The notes under the pieces are model-generated. The model did no database searches. It saw nothing but the letters and a program-made list of their open reading frames with translations, and was not told where the DNA came from. From Dendrobates tinctorius (taxonomy: Eukaryota): a stretch of DNA of 64,000 nt. Of the stretch, positions 38,516-52,109 are shown one piece after another (position 1 is the stretch's first letter; each line of letters starts with the position of its first letter). A program made the position numbers and the translations under genes. The stretch covers positions 2,604,001 to 2,668,000 of the forward strand of contig NW_027361861.1 in assembly GCF_039654945.1 (NCBI RefSeq), given 5' to 3'.

Positions 38516-40463
38516 GGATATTAAGTACAGAACTGACCATATTTTTTGCTTCAAATTTTTTTTCTAATTTCCTTCTCTAAAACCTAGGTGCATCTTAGGG
38601 TTCGGTGCGTCTTATAGTCCGAAAAATAAGGGATATACACGTTCAAATCACACTTCCTTGCCCCATTAAAAATAAAGTAAAAATAAAATACACATATTTG
38701 GTATTCTAGCATTCGTAAAAGTCCAATCTGTCAAGATCTGATCGGTAAACAGCAAAACGAGAAAAAAATTAAAATGGCAGAAATCCTTTTTTTTGTCCGA
38801 TGCAACAATGTAATATAATGAAAAAGGCGATAAAAAAAATCATATCTACCCAAAATGGTATCAGTAAAAACGTCCGCTGAGTGCGAAAAAATAACCCCTT
38901 TCACAGCCTCATATCCCAAAAATGTAAAATGTTATAGGTCTTGAAAAATGACAACATAGCAAAAATATACAGTATATATGTATTTTTTAAATTTCCCAAA
39001 AACTCTTTACCACTTAAATAAAAAAAACAACTAAAAACTATACATGATTGGCATCTGTATAATCGTACTGTCTTGGAGAACCGTATTTCCACATCAGTTT
39101 CACCGTATAATTAACATGGTTAAAAAAAAAAAAAAACATTTGTGGAATTGCACTTGTTTTGCAATTTTAATGCACTTGGAATTTTTTCCCGTTTTTCAAT
39201 GCATCACATGATAAAATGAATGGTGTCATTCAAAAGTAAAATTTGTCCAGGAAAATAAATACCCTCATACGGCTATGTGGATGGAAAAATATAAAGTTAT
39301 GGCTTTTGGGAGAAGGGGAGGAAAAAAGCATACAAAAGGAAATTTGGCTGCAGCGTGATGGGGGTTAAGGTACACTTGTTAACAAATGTATTTTTTCTTT
39401 AAAATCTACTGTTAAATAACCCCACTTGATTATTTTTGTTTAGAAGAAAAGCTGTCCATAACCTTCCATAGGTCCAGTATTCACAAACCTTTGAAAAAAA
39501 TGATGTATACAGTATTTTATACTTCCCAGAAAATCGTATACAACTTTAATAAGCATGCTCTTTAAATTGATTCTAGACATTCAGAGCACATGAACAGCCA
39601 GCAGAAAGTTGGAAAAATTTAGTTTGCAAGTCTTAAAATATGAGTTGTCCCTCATGAGTAAGATCTGTACATCCAGTTCTGCAAAGAAATAAATTGACCA
39701 TAACCCTTGTGTATGCATTTTCAATAGGCCACTTGGGAGCGGTTATGCTATATAACATACAAGATTATTGTAAATTGGAAAATCATTTACTCTGTGCAGC
39801 TTTACCAGATGAGAAAATATTCCAGGAAGTCTGTATTCATAGATCTGCAATTTTCTGTGCAGATTGCAGTGCTATTTTTACCTGTAATGCATGCCACCCT
39901 TAGAAATGCCTTAAAGGGGTTCACCAAGTGAAGAGGACAATGACAGATGTCAAGAACTAGACTCTAGAAAAACTTCAGAAACAAAACCCATTTCTCAGTT
40001 ATGTTCTCAATTATATTAACAGCCTTTGAATGCAATTAATATTAGAGAATTGCGATTAGAGAAAACTTGGCCGCTTTCCTTCACAAACTACGTCCACCAA
40101 GTGAATAAAGTAATATAGGGTTGGCAGAAGTAGTACCATAGTAGGTAATCTGCTTTGTACACTTTGCAATAATCTCAGAGCTGTTGTACATTATGACCAT
40201 AATGGTGTTGATACACCATAATCAAATGGATAATGTAGGAAAGGGAAAGGAAAAAACTTGGGAGAACAGGTAAGAATTCATGAAGAACAGGTGAAATCAA
40301 GGATTGCTGTATCTGACCTTGAAAATGCCTCAATCCAATGCCAAAAAGTGCATCAATGAAATGCCAAAATGTATCGCCCAGTGATAAAGCAAAATGTTTA
40401 CTATAATCCTGGATTTGTTCACTTTACTAGTTCTCCTAATTTTACTTTTCCTACATTACTTAT

Positions 40464-40942
40464 AGAGAATCTGTCAGCAGGACTTCACACCCCAAGCTAT
40501 TTAAAAGTGCCAGTAACTCTTTCAGAGACAAGTTCAGCAATGCCTTTACATGACCAGTCCCTGTTACTCCGTTACTGAGATATCAGCATTTGAAATGATA
40601 TGCAAATAAGGCTAACGGGCTATGGTAGATCTGAAGCCTCTGTCACTCCAACTCTATTCGCTGCCCAGCGGAGTCTCCTCCTGCTTGATTGATAGCATGT
40701 CTACTGTGTGACTTCAAGTAAGAAAGTCATCAGTCAGGCAGGAGGCGGCTGTGCTGGGTGGGGAATATAGCTGGAGTGACAGAGGCTTCAGATCTACCAT
40801 AGCCATTTGCATATCAACTCAAACACTGATTTCTCAGTAATGTAGGAACAGACTGGCCATGGAAAGATATTGTTGCACTTGTGTTTGAAAAAGCTACATG
40901 CACAAATAGTTTGCAGGGAGCAATCCTTCTGACAGATTACCT
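40464..40942. mobile_element. T2/Kolobok-like palindromic MITE
   Basis: agagaatctgtcag / ctgacagattacct|TTAA ends; inner inverted arms. Confidence 0.75.
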
Positions 40943-41964
40943 TTAAGTGATTTGGGCTGAGTTAGAAAACCAACCATGGTTTTCTACTCTCATATAACCC
41001 TTTGCTTTTCCCAATCACTTACAATATCAATAGATGTATTTTTCAAGCATAAATATTTCAGTAGATCATAGGCGTTAGTAGAAATTAACCAAAAAATATC
41101 AATGAGTGACAAATAATAAGGTTTATAAATTATACATTTTCTGGCTCCCCAGATTTGCTCAGCCAGAATATTAAAAAACAAAACAAAAACGAATGTGTCT
41201 CTTCTTTGATTTGTCTATTCAAGAAAAGGGTCACTCAGGCAAGTTTCATGGGAATTTCCATCTTACACCTTTCTGCTATAAAAGTGTTTGTGACGTACGG
41301 ACAGGGCTTGTAATGTATACATAACTTACCGTACATTGTATATACAGATGCATGTAGCACAAATGTAGGGCTACCTAAACATAAGAAACTATGTTAAAAA
41401 ACTGTAGGACAAAAAAATCCATTACATGCTACCCATGTAGGAAAGTGCAGGTGGTAGAGCATAGTTGTCTTTTAAAATTAATTTCACTATGTTCAGATAA
41501 CACTGCTGGGAAATGAAAGCCTCCAAGATTCCAGCTTTGTAAAGAAATTTATAATTCATCAGAGCACATGCGGTGCCTTTGAAATTAGGGTCAGAGTATT
41601 GAAGACATCAAGAATTTTGCTTCTTTAGTATCTTTCCTTAGCATCAAAACCCTTTGTATGATAGGTACTGGCACTTTTATCCTCATAAAAAATTATAAAT
41701 GTCTACTGTATTATGTGTAATCAGTCATATTAATCACATTATTTTCAAGAAAATAAACATACAAAAATAGAAAACATAGAAAACAACAAAAAGTGAAGTG
41801 GTGAAAGATTAGGGTCACTAGCAAGAAAAAGCACAAATAAGAGCACAGTGGTCAAATGATGCAGAACTCCTGTGAGAGAATCTCAAGCCAGAACCTAAAG
41901 GCAAAGGTACAATACAGTCAGACATCACTTACCTGCTCCCCAGTAGTGCAGAAATCTTGCCTAT

Positions 41965-42145
41965 TTTATGTATTTATTTAACTATATACAGTATCCACAT
42001 CATATTCTGCAGCATTTTACAGACATCATCATTGCTGTCCTCAGTGGGGTTCATAAACTAATTTCGCTATCAGTATGTCTTTGGAGTGTGGTAGGAAACA
42101 GAAGAACCCAGGGGAAACCCATGCAAACAACAGGGAGAACATAGA
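41965..42145 (-). mobile_element. SINE fragment (V-SINE-like central domain)
   Basis: Minus strand atgttctccctgttgtttgcatgggtttcc...ttcctaccacactccaaagacatact. Confidence 0.55.
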
Positions 42146-42585
42146 AAGCATCACCGCAAAAAAAAAAGTGCTTGTATTGCTAAATCTTTGTATTACTTAT
42201 GTTTTGACTTTGCTTCTAAATACGGCATTTACAAAGATAAAAAGGGATATCCGGGAATTAAAAAAAGGCATGTATTTGCTAACAGAGTTAACTACCTGTC
42301 TGTTGTACCCAGCGCCGGTCATTGACCACTCCAGCCAGATATTCAGCTACTCCCTGTCAACAGAAAGGTTTATCTTGCTGTTGACAGGGTGGGACTGTTG
42401 GCATGATGCCTACTGACAGCCAACTCCCCCAATTAAGCATCGGAGAGTCGGTTGTCAATCAGCATGACACCAGTTGTCCCGCCCTGTCAACAGGAAGACA
42501 AACTGTCACTCTGTTGACGGGATGTCAACATAAGTCTGTGATGGTGGAGAATGGCGCTGAGCACAACAGACAGGTAGGTAGCAAC

Positions 42586-42809
42586 TAGAAATGAGCGAAT
42601 TTGTTTGGATTCGGTTCAGAATACAATTGGCATCGAATATTGTTTTTGCAATATTTATCGAACACAGCCGAATGTCAATAGAGTCAATGGGAGTAGAAAA
42701 TACCGAATATGTTCGGAACCAATGATAAGACACAAATAGGGTACAATAAGGCACGAATACGTCAAAATCAGATTGGGGGCCAAAATCCAAACAAATTCGC
42801 TCATCTCTA
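42586..42809. mobile_element. hAT MITE nested in a T2-like MITE (~42240-42865)
   Basis: TAGAAATGAGCGAATTTG / CAAATTCGCTCATCTCTA; 8-bp TSD GTAGCAAC / GTAGGAAC. Confidence 0.85.
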
Positions 42810-43221
42810 GTAGGAACTATCTGCCTGTTAGTTAGCACTTTTTTTAAAGTCCCAGATATCCTTAGTTTCATTCAAACCAGGGAGCTGTAGCACAGAGATT
42901 GAAAAACATCACATAAAGCTGTACAGCTTTCCATTACAGTGGTTTATGGCTTCCATGTGCTGCCCTGATGGCTCCATCATTAGCAATACGTACAAGCTAT
43001 GAACCACCAGAAACAATTCTCCTTACATAAGGCATCAGACTGAACAAGATGTATTGTTTAGTCAGGATTTGTACAGACTAAGCAGGAAAGAAAAAAAGGA
43101 TACAGAGTTATTATAAAAGTTTCCAGAATAGAAACTTCATAAAAAATGGAACCATATTATGGCTATTTGGATAAGGTCATAGTGGCATCACTTAAAGCTT
43201 GTGGGCCCCAATGCAGAATCT

Positions 43222-44025
43222 TGTTGTGAGTTCAATTTCCCCTTCGTCACTGAGGTCTGGTGAACTCCCTATTCTGGTAAAGGAAGGTAATGAGCCTGAT
43301 TATCAGGCTCCTGAGCCTAATGATGATGACTGGCTGAGTGGAGTCACGGACTGGATATAAGGCTGCTGACGCCCTTCTGCCCTGCGGGTGACTTCTCTGT
43401 GGACTTCTAGGAGACCAGTCTGATTCCTGCTCCTCTAAAGCTAAGTTTTCTGCTTTGCCTGTTAGCATTTGTGTTTTGTTTTTGTTTGCCTTGCTTTTCT
43501 GGATTCTGCCATTCCCTGCTGGGGTGAGCTGAATCTCCTTTTGCCAGTTGCTCTGTCTTCAGAATATTCCTGAGTACTGACATAGCCTTTTTGAAGCCTA
43601 GCGTCTTCAGGGCCTTTTTCACTGTCAGTCTGTTGGCTCTTATTTTCATAGGGTTTTTCACGGATTGCAGACAGCAGCCTTCCTGTCCTTTCCTATCTAG
43701 TTAGCTTGGGCCCCGGCTTTGCTCAGTCTATCTTTCTGTCTGTGTTAGTGTTCTTTCTTCTTGCTTCACCGTCATTATATGTTGGGGGCTGCCTTTTGCT
43801 TTGGGGTCTGCTCTGGGGCAGATTAGTTTTCCCTTTCTGTCTTTAGGCTATATAGTCCTCCGGCTGTGATCGAGGGGTCTAGGGCATCGTAGGAACCCCC
43901 CACGGCTACTGCTAGTTGTGTTGATAGGTTCAGGGGTCTGCAATCCAATAGCTGCCAACTTCTCTGGTTTTCTGGACTTAGCTAGCATTTCTGTTTTTTC
44001 CTCCTACGGTGACTCATTCATAACA
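43222..44025 (+). mobile_element. Solo LTR (TGTTGTGAGTTC...TTCATAACA family)
   Basis: TG...CA; 6-bp TSD GAATCT / GAATCC. Confidence 0.85.
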
Positions 44026-44282
44026 GAATCCCCAATGAGGCCCCCAACTAACATAGGTCTGTAATAGTCTTTTCATATGGGATAAAGAGACCTTAGAGGC
44101 CCCCCTAGTCTCCAGGGTCTGGATGAGATTGCATCCCCTGCACTTATTTGTGGCAGAGGGGAGAAATGATAAGCTCTCTATGTTGAAATCAATGCAGGGT
44201 TGGAGCTTTTTGGATCCTATAATCAGTGCTGAATTTGTGACAATGAAGCAGTATAAATACTTAAACTATATACAGTAAGTAG

Positions 44283-44622
44283 GTTGTCTATATGGTGACG
44301 TGTGTGGTATGTGACAAATATTATATAGGTTGTACTGCTAGGAGTCTAAAGAAAAGGTTAAGTGAGCATATTACTGCCGCAAATCCAGGGTCTGCTGCGA
44401 GTCGTAAGAATGTTTCGTGATTATCTACACATTTTTTGGACATACATGGTGGTGATCTACGGAGTCTAAAGGTTAAAGGAAGATGAAAGGGTGAATAGGC
44501 CATTCAGGGAAGGTGATTGGGAGCATGTGCTTCGTTGTCGAGAAGCCTTTTGGATATTGGCTATGAACGCACGCTTCCCAGAATGTCTTAATTATAAAAA
44601 TGACATTTTTTACTTTTATTAG
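44283..44622 (+). pseudogene. PLE GIY-YIG endonuclease domain pseudogene
   Basis: VVYMVTCVVCDKYYIGCTARSLKKRLSEH...HFLDIHGGDLRSLKVKG / REAFWILAMNARFPECLN; one stop and one frameshift. Confidence 0.88.
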
Positions 44623-44967
44623 AACATTCTGATAAAAATTGTCTATGCTGATTTTGGATTTTCCTTTTTTTGTATAATTCATTATTGCAATGGGGTTGGT
44701 TTTTCTGTGGATACATGTTCAGCTTTGTCAGTTCACATTGATGAATTTATAGAGATACAGTATCTTTATTCAACATGCACATGAGACAGGTACACATACA
44801 CACACTTAGTGTGGTGTTGGAATATCATTATGCGTTTTTTGGGACCGTACTCCATGAACATTGTAATGGTTGGTAAATAGTTAATAGGAGGTGGTCTTTC
44901 TTATTAACCACATGTGCTGTTGTAGGGAATAAGAACACAAAAGGAATTGTTCATTTTACGTTTGTAT

Positions 44968-45014
44968 GCCTTTGAGGAAGGACCGTTTTTAACGGATCCG
45001 AAACACGTTGGAGG
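44968..45014 (+). ncRNA. Type-I hammerhead motif (U3-G8, partly decayed)
   Basis: CCT-TTGAGGA-A-GGACCGTT(TTT)AACGGATCC-GAAA-CACG-TT-GGAGG. Confidence 0.6.
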
Positions 45015-45696
45015 TTCCTCCCTCATGTACTGTTTTTATTGATGAAGATGTCTGAATAAAGAAAATTATCTTTTTAAGAAAAGGACTCCTGTGCCAAAAA
45101 AATCTATTGTTTCTACATGTGTTTATAAGTGGTAGTCAGCCACTGAATTCCAGGCACGGTCGGTCTCCGACATATTTTGGTGAGCAATTATGCTCCTTTC
45201 CCCTTCCTTCACAGTTTTCATAAGGTAGTTATACACAAAAAGTCAAATTTAAAAACAATTGTAAATAAGTGTTAAAATGATTGGCATACCAGAAAAAGCT
45301 AGTATTTAGTAAAAATTCTAAACAAAAATTGTAAAAATATCATTATTTAATACAAAAAAATACCATTTGATACAAATTATTTTAGTGGAAAATAATAAAC
45401 ATACAGTCTCTTTCATTCTTTTCTTCATGACCTTTAAGCCTTGCATGAATAGTAGACAGATGGAGCGGTCTTTTGATGTGATCCAGGGCAGGAAAGAATT
45501 AAAAAGGCTAGTAAAGCAGTGAAGTGGAGCACAAAACTTGTCTTGCCTTGAGCGCTTCCCGCCAAGCAATTAATGTAATTAACCTTCATGCATTGTGTCA
45601 TAGGTGCAGGCCTGGCATGATATTAAGTACCAGCCTAAAGTGAAACTCTAGTAGGTAAAGAAGGTATGTAATATTAAATATCTTCAGTTGGTAGAC

Positions 45697-47082
45697 TGTT
45701 ATGAATGGGTCACCGAGGAGGAAAAATCAAAACAAGCTAAGTCACAGAAAACCAGAGAGGATGGTAACTATGCAGATTGCAGGTCCCTGGTCCTGACCAC
45801 ACAACTAGCAGCAGCCGTGGAGCGTACCTACGATGATCCTAGATGCTTCATCATAGCCGGAGAACTACATAAGTCTGAAGCAAGAAAAGGGGAAAACTAA
45901 CTGCCCCAGAGCAGACCCCAAAGGAAAGACAGCCCCCACACATGTATTGACGGTGAAACAAGATGAAAACACAAACACAGGCAGGAAAATAGGCTGAGCA
46001 AATGATGGGGCCCAAACTAACTAGAAAGGACAGGAAAGGAAAGACACTGTCTGCAATCTGCCAAAAACCCTACAAAAATAATGTCCAACACTTCTGATAG
46101 CAAAATTAACCCTGAAGTCACTAGACTTCTCCCACTATAAACCAAAAACAAAACACAAAACAAATATCCTGGAATAAAAAAGTAAAAAAATATATTGCAA
46201 AAATTGCATGAAGGTTTGTTTCATTGTGCATTCTGTGCATATAAGGGTGTGACCGCCCTGCTTCTGAGTTGGAAAATCCATCCTGTCTGGCCTACACTAT
46301 TACTGGTGGTTCAGTCCCTCTGTTCTTGTTCACATTTACGTCACTTGACAAGTGGAAAGGTTTTAAATACAAGAGTTAGGACTGTCCCACAAGGGTTGCC
46401 GTGACGTGGCGGGATGGCTTGTACATTATTTTGATCAAAATTATGTTAACTAAATACCCTTATTATTACTATTATTACTACCTTCATGCAATTTTTGCAA
46501 TATATTTTTTTACTTTTTTATTCCAGGATATTTGTTTTGTGTTTTGTTTTTGGTTTTCTCTGTGTAAAGGTCATGTGTTCATATGCAATTACATTTTGCA
46601 TGCACATTAATTTACTTTTTCTGCTCAGACCCAGTTTCTCATTTCTCCCACTATATCAGCACTCTGAAATAATCTGAGACAGAGCAAAAAGAGGCCAATC
46701 TAATAAGGGACAAAAAGCAAATTGGCAAATACAGATAAATAAGAGTGGAAATTCAGCACAGCCCCAGCCGGGGCTGGCTGACCACACAAAAAACTGAATA
46801 GACCAACAAAATCAAGTGTGAACATTAGCAGAAAAACTTAGCTTGAGCTGACTGGAACAGAGCTGAGAACCAAGACCTGACAAGCCAGAAGGAATCACCA
46901 GCACCAGAATAGGGTGTCGGCTGTCTTAAATCCAGTCTGAGATTCCTGAAGTCCAATCGTCATCCTCCTTATCAGGTGGCAGATCTCCACTGATTAAATC
47001 AGCCTCACTACCTCCTGTTACCACCAGAGGGAGCCTGGAAGGAGAACTCACAACTGGTAGACCAGAAAATGAACTCACAACA
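45697..47082 (-). mobile_element. Solo LTR interrupted by a fold-back insertion
   Basis: Reverse complement of 61518-62379; 6-bp TSD GTAGAC (45691-45696, 47083-47088). Confidence 0.9.
46140..46642. mobile_element. Fold-back insertion, probably PLE-derived
   Basis: Arms ~46139-46216 / 46479-46557; 13-bp TSD TTCTCCCACTATA (46127-46139, 46643-46655). Confidence 0.65.
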
Positions 47083-47584
47083 GTAGACCCTTGAAAGCTC
47101 TACTACTTTTAGGGATCTGAGAAGGTCTTCAACTTGGTAGAGCACCTGTGTAACTACATTCTCGGTGCACCCCCTGAGAATGAGCTTTTTAAGAACATTT
47201 ACTATAGAGACCAGCTCTCATCATTGCCCTACCTACTGAACAAACACAAGTTCAAGCATGTCCTAAAGCCACACACAATTTGACAAGTAACCATGCTGCA
47301 GACCATGGAACTCCAACCTATGGTTTGAGTTGACCATGATGTGTGACACTCGGCTGTCTGCCATCTTGGGGCATTAGCACCAGGTCTAGCAAAAATTTAT
47401 GAAGAGCAGGTCTCCTGACTTTTGTGAGTAGTACCACACAGAAGCGCAGATCTGGATGTGTCTTGGGGTTGGAGAGATCAATAAAGGACGTGATAAGCTG
47501 GACATAGAATAACACTGTCAGATAGAAGGGTACTTGAAGTTGGATGCAATAATGTAGTAGAAGTGCTTAATGCAAGAATAAGGG

Positions 47585-48560
47585 TGTTAGGGCTGGCGGA
47601 ACGCACCAAATTATAAAATAATAGTAGGTGCGTTTGCCGCCCGGGGTCCACCGTGCAGAGGTGTTACGCTGCTGCTAAGCAATGGCGGACGCACAATATG
47701 GCGGTATAACACATGCGGGTTCAACGTCACCCGGTGTGTGCTGGGCGGGCTCTGTTACATCACAGAGTCACCGAAGCACTAAACACAAATACTGAGCCTG
47801 TTCAAGCTCACAGAGCTCAGCGAGATGCACGCCCGGTATACGGTCACAGGACTCTGGCCCAAGACACAGGGTCAGCGTCTCTCTAGACCTACCGTGCGTG
47901 CAGCATCGCAGCTGCGAACGCCAATAACTGCTGCAGACTGCAGCGAGGTGACAGACACTGCCGCAGTACAATAATGCCCTGTAATGGGCCACACTATCGG
48001 ACGCTAGTACAGTGGAATGATATGCACCATGGTCTGTAGCTTGCCACTGACTGGCACTGACTCTATCTCTAGTTCCCTGTCCACACACGTAATATCAGAG
48101 GGAGGGGAATCTTAATGAGTCATTCGCAGTTCCATGCATTCGGCATCATTCACACATATAGCAACTAGAGTCTATACTACCGCATGGCCGAGCGGTCATG
48201 CGAACCTTTTATAGCCGAGACCTTCCGGAAGCTTCCAGATCCCTGAGATGGACCAATCAGATCTGGAGAAGGACCTGTGCATGTGACTCCCGATCTCCAA
48301 TGGGAGATCGTCCCGTGAGCATGCTCAGTGGAGCGACGGAAAGATTAGCCTCAGGAGTGGCTTGCTGCTAAGCAACCTGCATTGCTATTGCTGACCCAGA
48401 GGTGGCAACAACAGCCAGACCCACAGAGCCAGTCTGAGCAGAGCGTCGGGAACGTCGAGGCTGCTGAGCAGGCTCCTGTGCAGTCGAAGAAGAATGGGAG
48501 ACCGCTGAATGCAAGGCTCTGGATTCCTGCTGTGCAGTGGCAGGAACCTGACACCTAACA
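47585..48560. mobile_element. Solo LTR
   Basis: TGTTAGG...CCTAACA ends; 5-bp TSD AAGGG. Confidence 0.85.
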
Positions 48561-50637
48561 AAGGGTAAGGTGTGAGCATTCTGCCTTGTGTCAGCCGACC
48601 GCAAGAACTACAGTGCAGGTAATCGCTGGAGACATCTCCGGTGGTCATCTACAAGCTCTGCTATATCTGGATGTCAGGCATCCAAATGTAGCAGAGCTGA
48701 ACTCGTCGTGGAACACTCGTTATTAAGGACTATGTCGGAACAGGAATTATTTGTGTTTGTTTATTATTTTTATTTACAGGAGAATGAGGACTTTGCATGG
48801 ATTAGCAGTACAATAAAGATGGGAAAATGTGTTTTGTGTTTTATTTAATTAAAAGACTTTATTCTGGCTATTTCTTTATTAACCCTTTAATAACTATAGG
48901 ATTAGTAATGTATAGGTATCTTAATGACGCCTCTCCATTACTAACATCAACCCCACAACTATTACGCCATATGCCACCGCTACAGGGCAGTGGGAAGAGA
49001 GAGTATAAGTGCCAGAATTGGCGCATCTTAGAGATGCGCAATTTCTGAGGCGGCTGTGACCTGGTGTTTGTAGCCGGGGGGGGGGGGCAATATCCATGGT
49101 CCCTTCCAGGCCTATGAATATCAGCCCGCAGTTGTCTGCAGAGCTTTTTCTTGCTATTAATTATAGGGGGACCCCATGTCATTTTTTGGGGGGGTACCCC
49201 TATTTTAATAGCCAGTAAAGGCTATGCAGACAGCTGTGTGCTGATATTAATAACCTGAGAAGCTCCATGAGTATTACCCCCTTCCCAGGCTATAAACATT
49301 GGCCCCCAGTCGCTGGCTTTCCCTCTCTGGTGCAGAAAATTGTGCGGGAGCCCATGCCATTTTTTTAAAATTATTTATTTAGTAAAAAAAAGGAAAGGAC
49401 AGTACGTATTTCTCTCTCTGCTTTCAGGAACTTCCTGTGTGGCCGGTGTCACTCTTGCAAGTCTCTCACATCAACACCTGGCACTCGGGACTTCTATGCA
49501 GCCGCACACACCTGTCCGAGGGCGGGCGACAGTGCCGGGTGTTGATGTGAAAGACTTGCGCGAGTTTCTCACATCACACTCGCAAGTGTGACACTGACCT
49601 GTCACGTTCTTCCGGATGTGACACAAGATTCAACATATGTAAATTAGTCCATATGCGTAGTAAGCTGCGTTCCCGCAGTTATTATGCAAGTGAATAATAA
49701 TTAGATGCGATTTTACCGCATCTAATGATAATCTATGGGAAATTTACAATGAGGGGACTGAGCGTCTCCGCATCATAAATAGACATGCTACATTCTGGAA
49801 AGACGCGCCACATGTCCATTTACGCGGGTCTGCAGCCTGCGTCTTTCAACCCATAGTGGACATGGGATTTCTTGAAATCTCATCCACTATGCTGTAACAT
49901 TTGGATGCTGCGGGTTGGACGCTGCATATGTACGCAGCGTCCAACCTACAGCGTTCACTGACTGTGTGCACACACCCTATCTGCAAACAGGAAATCACTT
50001 TTTTTTTCCTTCCCAAAAGCCAACTTTCAATAAGCCTTATGTCAAGTGACAAGCTTATTGATAAGCTTTATGTAAAAAAAACGCATGTAATGAAAAAAAC
50101 GCATGCTGAAAAAAACGCATCAAAAACGCATGTAAAAAAACACATCCAAAACGCAGGTGACCTGCCAGTGACCTCAGGTGCAGATTTCACCTGCATCAAA
50201 TCCTGAGCAAATACTAAGCCAATCTTGACCATGGAAACATACCCTAAGAGCTGAATGTGACCTTGAGGTAAGAAAGGTACATGATCTGCCTTGTGTTTAT
50301 GATGAATCCAGCTCTCAGCAATAAAAGACTTAAAATATATAGTGTAACATTTATCAAGTCTTAAATTGGCTTGGAAGATTTATTCAGTAGATTTAAATGT
50401 CAAGTTATTCTACAGTCTCCCATGTAATGTTATACATAGAGGCTATAGAGGCCAAACAGTTCAAATATTTTAATGAAACACTAATGCAAATACACAAACC
50501 AAAATATATGCAATTAAGTACAAAACAAATGCCCCCAAAAAGTATCTAGATTCTTTGTGGTGATGTCCTATTAACAAAAAATGAGGTACTGTATCTGAGT
50601 CTATGAACCAAATATATGTGAAAAAGTGTCCTTTTAA

Positions 50638-51083
50638 ATAACACTCCTATCAAACTTTTTATCCTCTTAATATATTGCAGTCATCATATTATACAGCACT
50701 GTGTACTTACAACTGCATAATTTGCCTTTCTACCCAGTGAATTCTTCTCTTTTCTCTGCTCATTGTAGAAAACAGTAAGTCTCTTTTCCCTACATTTATC
50801 ATTCCCCTCTTCAATTCCTGACCCAGTTGCTCCCTCCTCCCCATGCCCAGGCCTTTTGCAGTGACTTATGGCTCATGCATGGAAAAGATCTTTCCGGTTT
50901 CTACATAGAGCTTAGAAGGTTTCAGCTAGTCAGGTTTTAATCAAGTGATGCCATTGAACTAATGGAAAAGTGAAGAATTAACTGGGTAGAAAGGCAAAAT
51001 GAGCAATTGTAAATACACAGTGCTATATAATATGATGACTGCAATATATTTAGAGGATAACAATAATGATGAGGGGTGCTTTT
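50638..51083. mobile_element. TTAA-type palindromic MITE
   Basis: Arms ttatcctcttaatatattgcagtcatcatattata / tataatatgatgactgcaatatatttagaggataa. Confidence 0.7.
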
Positions 51084-51599
51084 TTAACTTGGGTTACACA
51101 GATATCTGGATACTTTATTTTTTATGTACAGAATAATGTACTGTCAACGGTTAAACTATTTTATATAAATGTAGTCCATTTTTATTTATCAGGAGTGGAG
51201 TAAGACTTTTTTCAATGACTAGTGATATTATCAGTATTTTTATATTTAATTTCCTGTTTGGAAGTGCATTGAAATCTTTCAATAACCCGTTACAGTTTGT
51301 TTTCTTTTTATTAACAAATCAAACACGTCAATAATAAATACTTTCTCCAAATATTTTTTTTGTTCCTAATCCTATGAAAATTAAATGATCATCAATCTTA
51401 ATACCTTTATTTAACAAAACAATATGTTTTATCTAGTACACTCTGTCAGGATTTTAAAGACAGCACCTGCCATCTATATAATTATGCAGCCAGTCCAAGA
51501 TTTCAGAAGACATATAGTAGGGTGGGCTGTGTGAAGAATGAGACAGACGCACTAAAACTGTCAGGCTGACTGAGATGAATGAGTGCACTAGATAAATGG

Positions 51600-51825
51600 A
51601 GAAGATACAGATTAGATATGATACAAAAACTTTTTGACAGTTAGGGTGATCAATGAGTGGAACAGGCTGCCATGAGGGGTGGTGAGTTCTCCTTCAATGG
51701 AAGTCTTCAAACAGAGGCTGGACAGACATCTGTCTGAGATGAATTAGTGAATCCTGCATGGATGAGGGGATTGTACACGTTGACCCAGAGGTCCCTTCCA
51801 ACTTTCTAACATTCTATGATTCTAC
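51600..51825 (+). mobile_element. CR1 LINE 3' end
   Basis: gaggtcccttccaac...attctatgattcta tail. Confidence 0.85.
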
Positions 51826-52109
51826 GAATGTTCATTCTCAGTCAACTAAAGAAATATGTTTATCTTCTCCTTTAGTCCAACTTCATTTTGTCCTGTCAGG
51901 TTGACTGAACATAGGAATGCACGTTCAGCATGCCTGTCTTGAGCAGATGTTCTTCACGCAGCCTGTCCTCTGAAATCTAGGATGGGTTGTGACTGATGGC
52001 AGTTGTGATCTTTAAAATCTTGACAGAGTGCACTAGATAAAGCACACATTTCTGCTAAATAAAGGTATTTAAAAAATGTTTAACATTTAAATGTGTATTT
52101 GTTTCTTTT

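Larger units (their letters stand above)
44276..45218 (+). mobile_element. 5'-truncated Penelope-like element: GIY-YIG C-terminus plus pLTR
   Basis: Endonuclease remnant followed by hammerhead, AATAAA (45055) and GTGAG donor-like site (45180). Confidence 0.85.
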
